In this document: piece by piece, positions 1-7,115 of the stretch
Numbering within the stretch: position 1 is the first letter of the stretch
How the letters are laid out: every line of letters begins with the position of its first letter
Source: Gemmatimonadales bacterium
GTDB taxonomy: Bacteria; Gemmatimonadota; Gemmatimonadetes; Gemmatimonadales; GWC2-71-9
Direction of reading: 5' to 3'
DNA: 64,000 nt
Assembly (NCBI GenBank): GCA_039794085.1
Contig: JBDIWC010000012.1
Coordinates: 1-64,000 of the forward strand
Notes under the pieces: model-generated
The model's database searches: none
What the model was told of the DNA's origin: nothing
Seen by the model: the letters and a program-made list of their open reading frames with translations, nothing else
Translations under genes and position numbers: made by a program

Positions 1-40
1 CCATCCGATCCTTGAAGGAACTACTGTACGCCGTCATCAT
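1..40 (-). CDS. 5' fragment of putative IS3-family transposase OrfA (truncated by window edge)
   Basis: ATG at 40/37 with RBS; translation MMTAYSSSFKDRM... Confidence 0.45.
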   Translation of the reverse strand, partial: MMTAYSSSFKDRM

Positions 41-122
41 TCGGTCACCTCGTCGCCCCCAGCGGTGAGCACCTCACCCCGTCACAGAAGGTGACGGGCG
101 ATGCGACAACTATCCTGACACA
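1..122 (-). mobile_element. Probable left end of an IS3-family insertion sequence (continues off the window's left edge)
   Basis: Minus strand reads TGTCAGGATAGTTGTCGCATCGC from 120, a TG-initiated IR-like end. A hairpin (78-98) and RBS GAGGTG precede an ORF starting MMTAYSSSFKDRM, which resembles the YSxxFK start of IS3 OrfA proteins. Confidence 0.5.
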
Positions 123-126
123 GGGG

Positions 127-163
127 GTAGGACAGCAGGACGTAGGACCTACCGCCTGTCGCC
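127..163. repeat. Degenerate GTAGGAC heptamers abutting CCTACCG units
   Basis: gtaggac-a-gcaggac-gtaggac then ctaccgcctgtcgcc. Confidence 0.6.
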
Positions 164-180
164 ATGATGTTCCTGCCCAA

Positions 181-203
181 GGGCGCACGCCGTGCGCCCC
201 TAC
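181..203 (-). repeat. GTAG-type REP-like palindrome
   Basis: GGGCGCACG-C-CGTGCGCCC followed by CTAC (GTAG foot on minus strand). Confidence 0.8.
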
Positions 204-252
204 CGCCTATCGCCTACCGCCTACCACCTACCGCCCACCGCCTACCGCCTAC
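204..252. repeat. Tandem heptamer array (CGCCTAC)x7
   Basis: cgcctat cgcctac cgcctac cacctac cgcccac cgcctac cgcctac; ends 8 nt before the SWIM gene stop codon. Confidence 0.95.
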
Positions 253-260
253 CGTACCCA

Positions 261-2039
261 TCACCACTTCGCGTGGTCCAGCAGCTTCATGAAGTTCCGC
301 TTCGGCTTGTGCGCCGCCCGGACCGACGCCAGATACGGCTCAAACTCGGCGCCCCGGCCGAGACGGACCATCAACCCCCGGATCGCGCGCAGGAGCTGGA
401 CCGCCTCGCGGTAGGCGTCCTTGTTCTTCCGGTTGAGCGTCAGGGGAACCTGGCGCTGATGAACCCACAGCGCGTCCTCGGGATGATCCGCTTCCCGCTT
501 GGCTGCGAGTTCCATCCAGAGATCATCTGAACAGCCACCCTCGCGGGCCTCCTGCCACGCCGTCTCCACATCCTTTTCCCAGAGAAAGATCCGGACAAGT
601 TGGGAACGATCCCTCGCGGGGCCCCACGAGACCGGACGCCCGCGATTGTCGCGCGCCGCCTTCCTGGCCTCCGCCCGGAGAGAGGCCAGGGCCCGTTCCC
701 GCCAGTACGGCCAGGATCGGGCCCGGTCGGCGTGGCTCTTCAGATCCCGGAACATTTCGAGTCCGGGGCGTTCCTCGAAATTGAGCCAGACCAGTGCCAT
801 CGCCTCGTCGTGGCGCTTCCGGCGGTGGTACTCATCGGCCAGGAAATCCCGCAGCCGGTAATCGGTTCCCTTCGGAAAGGCCTGGAGGCCGAGCTCCGCC
901 CACTCAAGGGCGAGATCGTGCTTGCGGGCGTTCTTGTAGAGCTCGGCGATCTGAAGGTAGTGGTAGGCCGCGGAGAGGTCGCGCGCCTTGACCGCCACGA
1001 GAGCCTCGACGTCTCCCGACTGCTCGGCGAGGGTCTCCATGATGTGGGTGACCCGGAAACGCCGGCCGTACCGGTCGCTCTTGTCCATCTCGTCACCCTC
1101 ATCTCTGCGACGCGGTCCGAGAGGAGGCACCTTGGCCCACTCGGCTTCGGCCAGCGCCCGGTAGACCGCCAGGCCCTTTCGGCCGAGAACGTGCGCATAG
1201 GTCTTGGAGGCGCCGTAAAAGGTGTCCCAATCGGTGCGAAGCTCCCAGGCGAAGAGCCGCCGGGCCAGCTCCTCGGGATCGGGTTTGGCTTTCCTGCAGG
1301 CCGAGAGGTGCAGGTCCTGGAGCCGCTCGAGGAGGCCACCCATGTGGCCATCGGAATCATCCACCGAGTGGATGGCCTCTTCCACCGCTTCGAGGGCATG
1401 CTCGGTGATCTCGATGACCTCGGCGGCGTGGCCCTCCTTCAGGAGCGCCTCCACGGAGTCGATGACCTCCTCGATGCCACTGGCGTAGTCGTACATCTCT
1501 CGATAGCCGATGAAATCATCCGCATCGACCGCGTTGTCGATCATCAGACGCCAGGTCGCAACGTCGATGCCTTTGGATACCTTCGCCGCGGCCTTCATCA
1601 GGAGTTGCCGGCGCAGGCGATCATCATTGACCGCCTGTTCCATGACCCACTCGACCAGCACGTCCTTGGTCTGGCGGCGGAGGTAGATGCGGACGTCCTC
1701 CATGGTCACGACCGGCCGAGCATCCTTGCGGGGAGGGGTCTTTCCCGCACGGCCCTTGTCCAGCCAGGCAAGTCCGACGGCCACGCAGTGCTTGCAGAAC
1801 TCGCCATCCTCGCCGACCGGGCAGGTACAGCCATACTCGAGATCACCCCCGGCAGCCCCCAGCATGACCCGGTACAGGTGGGTGCCCCGGACCTTGGCGG
1901 TGATCGCGCTCCCGTCCTCGACAAGGGAGCCGACCAGTCCATAGGCGTGGTAGGCCTCTCCCCGTGCAAAGAATCGCTCACCCGCCATGCGGCGCAGGGT
2001 GCGGCGATCGAGGAGGGTGGCGAGGGAGGAGTTGGTCAA
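261..2039 (-). CDS. SWIM zinc-finger protein with helical/TPR-like C-terminal region (DUF6880-like)
   Basis: SWIM motif CTCPVGEDGEFCKHC; TTG start at 2039 behind GAGGAG (the ORF-track start 2111 lies inside a repeat array). Confidence 0.85.
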   Translation of the reverse strand: MTNSSLATLLDRRTLRRMAGERFFARGEAYHAYGLVGSLVEDGSAITAKVRGTHLYRVMLGAAGGDLEYGCTCPVGEDGEFCKHCVAVGLAWLDKGRAGKTPPRKDARPVVTMEDVRIYLRRQTKDVLVEWVMEQAVNDDRLRRQLLMKAAAKVSKGIDVATWRLMIDNAVDADDFIGYREMYDYASGIEEVIDSVEALLKEGHAAEVIEITEHALEAVEEAIHSVDDSDGHMGGLLERLQDLHLSACRKAKPDPEELARRLFAWELRTDWDTFYGASKTYAHVLGRKGLAVYRALAEAEWAKVPPLGPRRRDEGDEMDKSDRYGRRFRVTHIMETLAEQSGDVEALVAVKARDLSAAYHYLQIAELYKNARKHDLALEWAELGLQAFPKGTDYRLRDFLADEYHRRKRHDEAMALVWLNFEERPGLEMFRDLKSHADRARSWPYWRERALASLRAEARKAARDNRGRPVSWGPARDRSQLVRIFLWEKDVETAWQEAREGGCSDDLWMELAAKREADHPEDALWVHQRQVPLTLNRKNKDAYREAVQLLRAIRGLMVRLGRGAEFEPYLASVRAAHKPKRNFMKLLDHAKW

Positions 2040-2084
2040 GGGCGGGTGCTCCTCACGGGGGGGAAGGTTCGGCGGATGCCGGAC

Positions 2085-2133
2085 GGACGTAGGACGTAGG
2101 ACGTAGGACATAGGACATAAGACATAGGACGTA
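2085..2133. repeat. Tandem heptamer array (GGACGTA/GGACATA)x7
   Basis: ggacgta x3, ggacata x2, agacata, ggacgta. Confidence 0.95.
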
Positions 2134-2160
2134 GGAAATGATACAGCGTGCCGGTTGAAA

Positions 2161-2214
2161 GGCGAGTCCTTCGCCCCTACCGCCTACCGCCTATCGCCCA
2201 CCGTCTATCGCTAC
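2161..2214. repeat. REP-like hairpin (GGCGA-GTCCT-TCGCC-CCTAC) plus (CGCCTAC)x4 array
   Basis: Hairpin 2161-2175, CCTAC 2176-2180, then cgcctac cgcctat cgcccac cgtctat cgctac. Confidence 0.85.
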
Positions 2215-2220
2215 AGTGGT

Positions 2221-2247
2221 CGTCACCCCGGCGAACACCGGGGTCCA
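2221..2247 (+). repeat. CGTC-type REP-like palindrome
   Basis: CGTC-ACCCCGG-CGAACA-CCGGGGT-CCA. Confidence 0.7.
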
Positions 2248-2271
2248 TTGTCCTGTCGTTGGTCCCCGGTC

Positions 2272-2348
2272 GTAGGTGCGCCGCGTGCGGCGCACCTGGA
2301 GCAGGGACCTGGGATTGGCCACCGGTGCGCCGCACGCGGCGCACCCAC
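2272..2348. repeat. Inverted REP doublet (REPIN/BIME-like)
   Basis: GTAGGTGCGCCGC-GT-GCGGCGCACC (2272-2296) and its inverted copy GGTGCGCCGC-AC-GCGGCGCACCCAC (2324-2348), 27 bp apart. Confidence 0.85.
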
Positions 2349-2573
2349 ACCGCAACCCTGGGCTGGGGCGGACGATGCCCCTTCGGGCCATGGTTCCGAT
2401 GGCTACCGTGGGCTTTGTCTGCCGCTTGTCATTACGATGTTGGTGTTGTGTGTCTCGTTGCCATCGGGCCGTCTCCGTATCATGATTCCCGGTCCCACCT
2501 GACCCTTCCCGGCCCGGGGAGCTGGAGGGAAGTGGCGCCCGGTACCCGAGCGACCTTTACCGGGGCGACGTGA

Positions 2574-3761
2574 ATGGCACGCACTCCGTGGGCTTTGATC
2601 CGCGCGGTCCTGATGGGCCTCGTCGCGCTCGCGCCTGAGCGTGCCGCCGCCCAGAGCAGGCCGCTGCTCACGGGAGTGGTGACCGATACCCTGCAAGTGC
2701 CCCTGCCCCTGGCGGAACTCATTGCCGTGCGGGTGGGGGACGGTGGAGGGCCGAGCCGTCAGGTGGCCCGGGCCGATGCGGCGGGGAGGTTCGCCTTTCG
2801 AGAGATCGGGGCCGGCCGGTATGCCCTGACGGTGCGGCGGATCGGATACATCCCGATCCAGGTGACGATCGAACTGCGCGAGGGGGCTCCGCAATCGGTC
2901 CAGTTCGAACTGGTGCCACGGCCGCAGCAGCTTCCCGATGTGCTGGTGGATGTGGAGGCAGAACGCGCCGGTCCCGGTCCGCTGTTTCGGGGCACGGTGG
3001 TGGACGAGAACCGGACGCCGATCGAGCAGGCGGAAGTGATCGTCGGGGGCTTTTCACCGCGAACCCGGGGACCATTCCAGCGAAACACCGACGCCAGGGG
3101 CCGCTTCACCTTTCCGGAACTGAGGGCCGGGCGCTATGCCGTCACGGTCCGCCGCATCGGATACGCTCCGCTGCAGGCGAGTCTCGCCTTCCAGAAGGAC
3201 TCGGCGCGAAACGTCCAGTTCGTGATGGCGGCGTGGCCTCAGGATCTTCCGGAGATCGTGGTGGAGCGGCGGAACAGTCTGGTGCGCGGGGCGCGACGAG
3301 CCTCCACGTATGACGGATTTTTCCTGACCCGGGATGACATTGCCCGGGCGGCTCCCGCGACGATGGGGGCGTTTCTCCGGCGCTACCTTCCCAATGTCTC
3401 CACCTACCAGTACTCGACGCCCAACATGGGAATCGACCTGCCCCCCGTCTTCGCGGCGGACGACGACCCGACGCCCCGGTCCGCCAGTGGGTTGAGCGTA
3501 CCGTACCGGAAGAGGCTGAATGCGGCGGAGGCCCGGGAAAAGTTCCTGGGAACCGACTGCCCCCCGGTCATCTCCCTCAACGGGGCTCCGGCCCGGATCG
3601 GATTTGCCATCAACGACTTCGATCCCCAGCAGATCGAGGCCATCGAGATCTACCGCCGCCGGCTCGACCCCAGGCATCCGCCGCCCTTCGAGTTCCAGGA
3701 GGATCTGGTGATGAAGCGGAGCTGTGGAGCCCTGGTGGTGATCTGGCTCAAGGCCCGTTGA
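2574..3761 (+). CDS. Secreted protein with two carboxypeptidase-regulatory-like domains and a C-terminal TonB-plug-like domain
   Basis: Signal peptide (AAAQ); duplicated AGRYAxTVRRIGY; C-terminal DPQQIEAIEIY...CGALVVIWLK. Confidence 0.8.
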   Translation: MARTPWALIRAVLMGLVALAPERAAAQSRPLLTGVVTDTLQVPLPLAELIAVRVGDGGGPSRQVARADAAGRFAFREIGAGRYALTVRRIGYIPIQVTIELREGAPQSVQFELVPRPQQLPDVLVDVEAERAGPGPLFRGTVVDENRTPIEQAEVIVGGFSPRTRGPFQRNTDARGRFTFPELRAGRYAVTVRRIGYAPLQASLAFQKDSARNVQFVMAAWPQDLPEIVVERRNSLVRGARRASTYDGFFLTRDDIARAAPATMGAFLRRYLPNVSTYQYSTPNMGIDLPPVFAADDDPTPRSASGLSVPYRKRLNAAEAREKFLGTDCPPVISLNGAPARIGFAINDFDPQQIEAIEIYRRRLDPRHPPPFEFQEDLVMKRSCGALVVIWLKAR

Positions 3762-3772
3762 ACCAGAGTTTC

Positions 3773-3806
3773 CCGGGGCCCTCTCCCGCAGGGCGAGAAA
3801 GGGGGA
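3773..3806 (-). repeat. Degenerate CCCCTCTCCC...GGGAGAGGGG hairpin repeat (inverted relative to the copy at 7076)
   Basis: ccggggccctctcccgcagggcgagaaaggggga matches the reverse complement of the 7072-7105 region with mismatches. Confidence 0.65.
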
Positions 3807-3898
3807 ACATGATCTTGCGATGATGGCCTTTTCCCCCACAGCCCGCTGCCCAGCGCCTATCGCCTGCAACGATCGTCACTCCCATTCGGATGCTTCCC

Positions 3899-3926
3899 CT
3901 TCACACTTCAAACTTCGAACTTCAAA
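3899..3926. repeat. Tandem heptamer array (CTTCAAA)x4
   Basis: cttcaca cttcaaa cttcgaa cttcaaa. Confidence 0.9.
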
Positions 3927-3935
3927 CTTTCCCAC

Positions 3936-3963
3936 CGCCTACCGCCTACCGCCCACCGCCTAC
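3936..3963. repeat. Tandem heptamer array (CGCCTAC)x4 (more degenerate units at 3833-3867)
   Basis: cgcctac cgcctac cgcccac cgcctac, 1 nt from the vapC stop codon. Confidence 0.9.
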
Positions 3964-3964
3964 C

Positions 3965-4363
3965 TCAGTATCCCAGGACCTCCAGCCCGGGCACCCGCTG
4001 AAACTCACCGGTGTTCCGGGTCACGACCGCCTTCCCGAAGGCCAGGGCCGTGGCCGCGATCCAGAGATCGTTGGCTCCGATCAGAAGGCCGTTGGTCTTG
4101 AGATAGCGGAACGCCCTGCCGTACTCCCAGCAGACGTCGGGTGTCGCGGACAGCACCTGGAAGGGCCCGATGAGGCGTTCCCAGTGCGCGCGTTCGGCGA
4201 GACCGGGCCCCGCCGCAAGCTCTCCCGCCACGGTGAAGGTGAGGAAGAGCGGCTCGGCGCTCCGCGTGTCGAGAAAGGCGTGGGCCGGCCCCGGTTCACC
4301 CTCGCCCAGTTCGCGATCGAGATCCACCAGGAAGGTGGTCTCCAGGATCAGTCCGTCTGCCAC
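3965..4363 (-). CDS. vapC: PIN-domain toxin, VapC family
   Basis: LILETTFLVDL...GELAAG...IGANDLWIAATAL...VVTRNTGEFQRVPGLEV; GTG start overlaps the antitoxin 3' end. Confidence 0.9.
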   Translation of the reverse strand: MADGLILETTFLVDLDRELGEGEPGPAHAFLDTRSAEPLFLTFTVAGELAAGPGLAERAHWERLIGPFQVLSATPDVCWEYGRAFRYLKTNGLLIGANDLWIAATALAFGKAVVTRNTGEFQRVPGLEVLGY

Positions 4364-4596
4364 TTGTCCCGGGGCGGTGAATCGGCGGCCGCGACTTCTT
4401 CCACCCGATCGAGCTGAGCGGCGGTGTAGAGAGGCCCGCGCTCCCGCACCAGATCGAGATACGCCCCCGCCGTGAGCGGGGCATCGGGCCACTCGGCGCG
4501 CATGACCACGTCGCTGAAGGATTCTCCCGGACGCCGCCTGGCTCGGCGCAACCGTTCGTAGGCCTCATCGCGGAGGCTGATGGTCCTGGTTCCCAT
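4348..4596 (-). CDS. vapB: VapB-family antitoxin (DUF217/PF02697-like)
   Basis: MGTRTISLRDEAYERLRRARRRPGESFSDVV pattern; directly upstream of and overlapping the PIN gene. Confidence 0.85.
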   Translation of the reverse strand: MGTRTISLRDEAYERLRRARRRPGESFSDVVMRAEWPDAPLTAGAYLDLVRERGPLYTAAQLDRVEEVAAADSPPRDKWQTD

Positions 4597-4632
4597 ACAC
4601 AGAACATACACAGACTGTGCATGCTCGCGCAA
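4594..4632 (-). promoter_or_regulatory. vapBC promoter/operator, probably leaderless
   Basis: Minus strand TTGCGC-N18-TATGTT-N6-ATG; direct repeat CATACACAGA x2 (4594-4603, 4605-4614) and near-palindrome CATACACAG-A-CTGTGCATG. Confidence 0.6.
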
Positions 4633-4680
4633 CCTTCTCTCCCGCAAGGGGTTGGAGAGGGGGCTTAGTGGGGTCAGGGT
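4633..4680 (+). repeat. Degenerate CCCCTCTCCC...GGAGAGGGG hairpin repeat
   Basis: ccttctctcccgcaaggggttggagagggggcttagtggggtcagggt resembles 7076-7115. Confidence 0.55.
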
Positions 4681-4719
4681 GTGCGCCGCACGCGGCGCAC
4701 CCACGGCGTGCGCCCCTAC
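4681..4719 (-). repeat. Composite (nested) GTAG-type REP
   Basis: GTGCGCCGCACGCGGCGCACCCAC (as at 2325-2348) fused to GGCGTGCGCCCCTAC (near-identical to the end of 181-203). Confidence 0.8.
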
Positions 4720-4782
<63 letters not shown>

Positions 4783-4788
4783 CCTCGC

Positions 4789-6072
4789 CTAACGCCGGAA
4801 GACCACCCCGTGCGGCATCGCGGGACCATTCGCACCGTGGGGCCAGTCGGCCCGGCCCAGATCGATGCCGAGACGACCGGTGGCGGGGTCGCTGAACGTC
4901 GGGTCCCAGGCCAGGGTGCCGGTCGTCGAATCGAACCGGGCCATGAGGATCCGGGGATCTCCCTGCAGCCCCATCTCGGGCCAGATCACCGAGGTGAAGG
5001 CCACCCGGTCGCTCCCGGGATCCCGGCTGCTCCAGTGCGGGCCGAAGGTGGAGTCGGTGGCCACCGTGGCGACGACGGCCGGGTGGCTCGGGTCGGCGAT
5101 GTCGAGGACCACGATCTTGCGGGCGAGCATGATCGGCATGATCCAGTAGTGGCCCATCACCAGGGGGACGGAGCACCCGATGTCCCCATCGTCCAGGGCG
5201 AGCACCCTCTCCAGCGTGGGATTGTCTCCGTCCACCCCCCGGATGAGGTAGAACCCGCACAGGAACGTGTTGAACAGGGCCGTGCTCCCTCCGTCCAGGA
5301 AGCGGACCTCGAAGGGCATCCGGTGGTGCAGGGTGTCTCCCGCCACCTCGGGGACCGCGAGGGTGTGACGCAGGGAGAGGTCCGACGTCCGCCAGATCTG
5401 CACCACGTGCGCGGTCTGTTCGTCGCTCATGGGGCTGCTGGTCGTGATGACCCGATCCCCGGTCCTGGCGACATCGAGCGCATAGGTGCGGATCGCGGCA
5501 TCGGGAAAGGCCGGATCCTCCGAGGAGACCGTCCGGAGCAGGGTGCCGTCGGGAGCAAAGAGGCCAAGCCCTCCAGGATTTCCGGGACGGGAGCCGTCGC
5601 CGAACTGCAGGGTGGCCAGCACGTTGCCGTCGGGCAGGCGGGCAAAGCTGTGGGGCTGCTTGTAACCCGGAACGCTGTCGATGGAGGAGACCATCCGGGG
5701 GGCGGCCGGGTCCGTGAGATCAAAGAGCCAGACCTTTCCCGCCATGAACCCGCTCGCAAACAGAGGACGGTCACCCGGGTCGTCGAGCTCCGTGTGATGC
5801 GCGTCGACATGGACCGCCCCGATGGGGGCGGTGGAGATCAACTGCGCATTCCCGGTGGCGTCGGGGCCGATGTTGTACACGGCGAGGAAATCGGTGTCCG
5901 AGGCCCGCCCGTCGAGGTCTCCGGCCCACACGAAAAGGTGGGATGCGGGACCGGGCCCCGCCTCCGCGGCACGCTCCGGCGCATCGCACCCCGCCGCCGA
6001 GAGGACCAGGACGGCGAGGAGGGCGGAGGGACGGCTCCGGTGGGCAGGGCGTGGGCGGCGTTCCACGGGCAT
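4789..6072 (-). CDS. Beta-propeller lipoprotein, selenium-binding protein (SBP56)/methanethiol oxidase-like
   Basis: RBS CAGGAG; lipobox LSAAGC; LFVWAGD...DFLAV start of propeller; AHHTE, QPHSF, GPHW and MPHG motifs. Confidence 0.65.
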   Translation of the reverse strand: MPVERRPRPAHRSRPSALLAVLVLSAAGCDAPERAAEAGPGPASHLFVWAGDLDGRASDTDFLAVYNIGPDATGNAQLISTAPIGAVHVDAHHTELDDPGDRPLFASGFMAGKVWLFDLTDPAAPRMVSSIDSVPGYKQPHSFARLPDGNVLATLQFGDGSRPGNPGGLGLFAPDGTLLRTVSSEDPAFPDAAIRTYALDVARTGDRVITTSSPMSDEQTAHVVQIWRTSDLSLRHTLAVPEVAGDTLHHRMPFEVRFLDGGSTALFNTFLCGFYLIRGVDGDNPTLERVLALDDGDIGCSVPLVMGHYWIMPIMLARKIVVLDIADPSHPAVVATVATDSTFGPHWSSRDPGSDRVAFTSVIWPEMGLQGDPRILMARFDSTTGTLAWDPTFSDPATGRLGIDLGRADWPHGANGPAMPHGVVFRR

Positions 6073-6158
6073 GGGAATCTCCTGATGGGGTGGGTCGCTG
6101 GAATCGGAGAAGGTACTGTCGGGCATCTGACATTGTAAGAGGCGCTCCACCACCCAGC

Positions 6159-6275
6159 CCTTTTGTGCCTTCGTCATGCGTGACGCTCTCTCTGCGTCTG
6201 TGTCCGGGAACCCTCTGATCGATCGGATCCCCGCGGGTGCCTCGTTCGTGTGTTTTCGTGTATTTCGTGGTTCCA
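6159..6275. repeat. Cluster of degenerate ~9-mer periodic repeats
   Basis: TTCGTG at 6245, 6255 and 6264; also ttttgtgccttcgtc and ctctctgcgtctgtgtc. Confidence 0.5.
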
Positions 6276-6478
6276 GTTTGTTTGGTCACGCCGGCCCGCC
6301 CGCCCGCGACTCTGGGGCTTGGGGCCGAAGTGCTCCATCGCTTGTGAAAAGTTTCCTAAAGTGCGAGAACGAGACCTGGCCCCAGGGGGTGACAGCTGCC
6401 GCCCCGATCCAACGCATGGAAGGGGGTGGCGGCATTCACCGCCGTCACGAGACCCCTTCCCCCCCTCCGGAGGACCCG

Positions 6479-6823
6479 ATGGATCACCGTGGCCTGATCG
6501 GTTCGTTGTTCGACCTCTCGTTCACGCATTTCATCACGCCCAGGATCCAGCGCTTCCTCTACGCCATCCTCCTCGCCGTGAGCGGTCTCGCCGGTGTCGC
6601 GGTCCTGATCACCGCCCTGGGGATGGCGGGCGGGTTCTTCGGCAAGGTGGGGGCCCTGATCGTGGGCATCCCCCTGGCCGGGATCGCCTTTCTCTTTCTC
6701 GCCATGTACTTCCGGGTCCTGATGGAGATGCTCATCGTGGTATTCAAGGCCGTCGAGTATCTGGGGGAGATCGAGGAGTCGACCCGCGACCTGCGCACCC
6801 GGCCCGGTCACACCGCTCACTGA
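6479..6823 (+). CDS. DUF4282-family membrane protein
   Basis: RBS GGAGGA; SLFDLSFTHFITPRI motif, two TM helices, RVLMEMLIVVF. Confidence 0.85.
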   Translation: MDHRGLIGSLFDLSFTHFITPRIQRFLYAILLAVSGLAGVAVLITALGMAGGFFGKVGALIVGIPLAGIAFLFLAMYFRVLMEMLIVVFKAVEYLGEIEESTRDLRTRPGHTAH

Positions 6824-6866
6824 CCGGCGGGTGGTCGGAGAGCGCTCTGCGTCCTATCTTGTCAGG

Positions 6867-7058
6867 ATGCTCAGCGACCTTCTCCTGCAGGTGGCCCAGA
6901 ACCTCGACCCGATGATGGGGAATCAATGCCTCATCACCGGGGTCTGTAACTCCGGCCCTCCGGCCCGGCTCGGTCCCCAGTCGGGCCTGATGTTTCTGGC
7001 CGTCGGCCTGGTCTGGCTCGGGATCGCCGGGCTCCTCCGCCGCGATCGGCGGAACTGA
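6867..7058 (+). CDS. Small hypothetical membrane protein
   Basis: TATCTT-N6-ATG; C-terminal hydrophobic helix followed by RRDRR. Confidence 0.5.
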   Translation: MLSDLLLQVAQNLDPMMGNQCLITGVCNSGPPARLGPQSGLMFLAVGLVWLGIAGLLRRDRRN

Positions 7059-7075
7059 CGACGAGGGACCCTGCT

Positions 7076-7115
7076 CCCCTCTCCCGCCCTGCGGGAGAGG
7101 GGCCGGGGGTGAGGG
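7076..7115 (+). repeat. CCCCTCTCCCGC-CCT-GCGGGAGAGGGG-CCGGGGGTGAGGG hairpin repeat
   Basis: Perfect 12-bp inverted repeat; related copies at 3773 and 4633. Confidence 0.85.

Noticed and set aside
91..530. ORFs 91..414 and 192..530, and similar PTAYRLP-containing ORFs near 2148, 3820 and 4580-4895
   Set aside because: They are translations of the CGCCTAC arrays and overlap real genes on the other strand.
2406..2597. 12-bp repeat CCGTGGGCTTTG at 2406 and 2586
   Set aside because: One copy lies inside a coding region and nothing element-like lies between them; plausibly chance.
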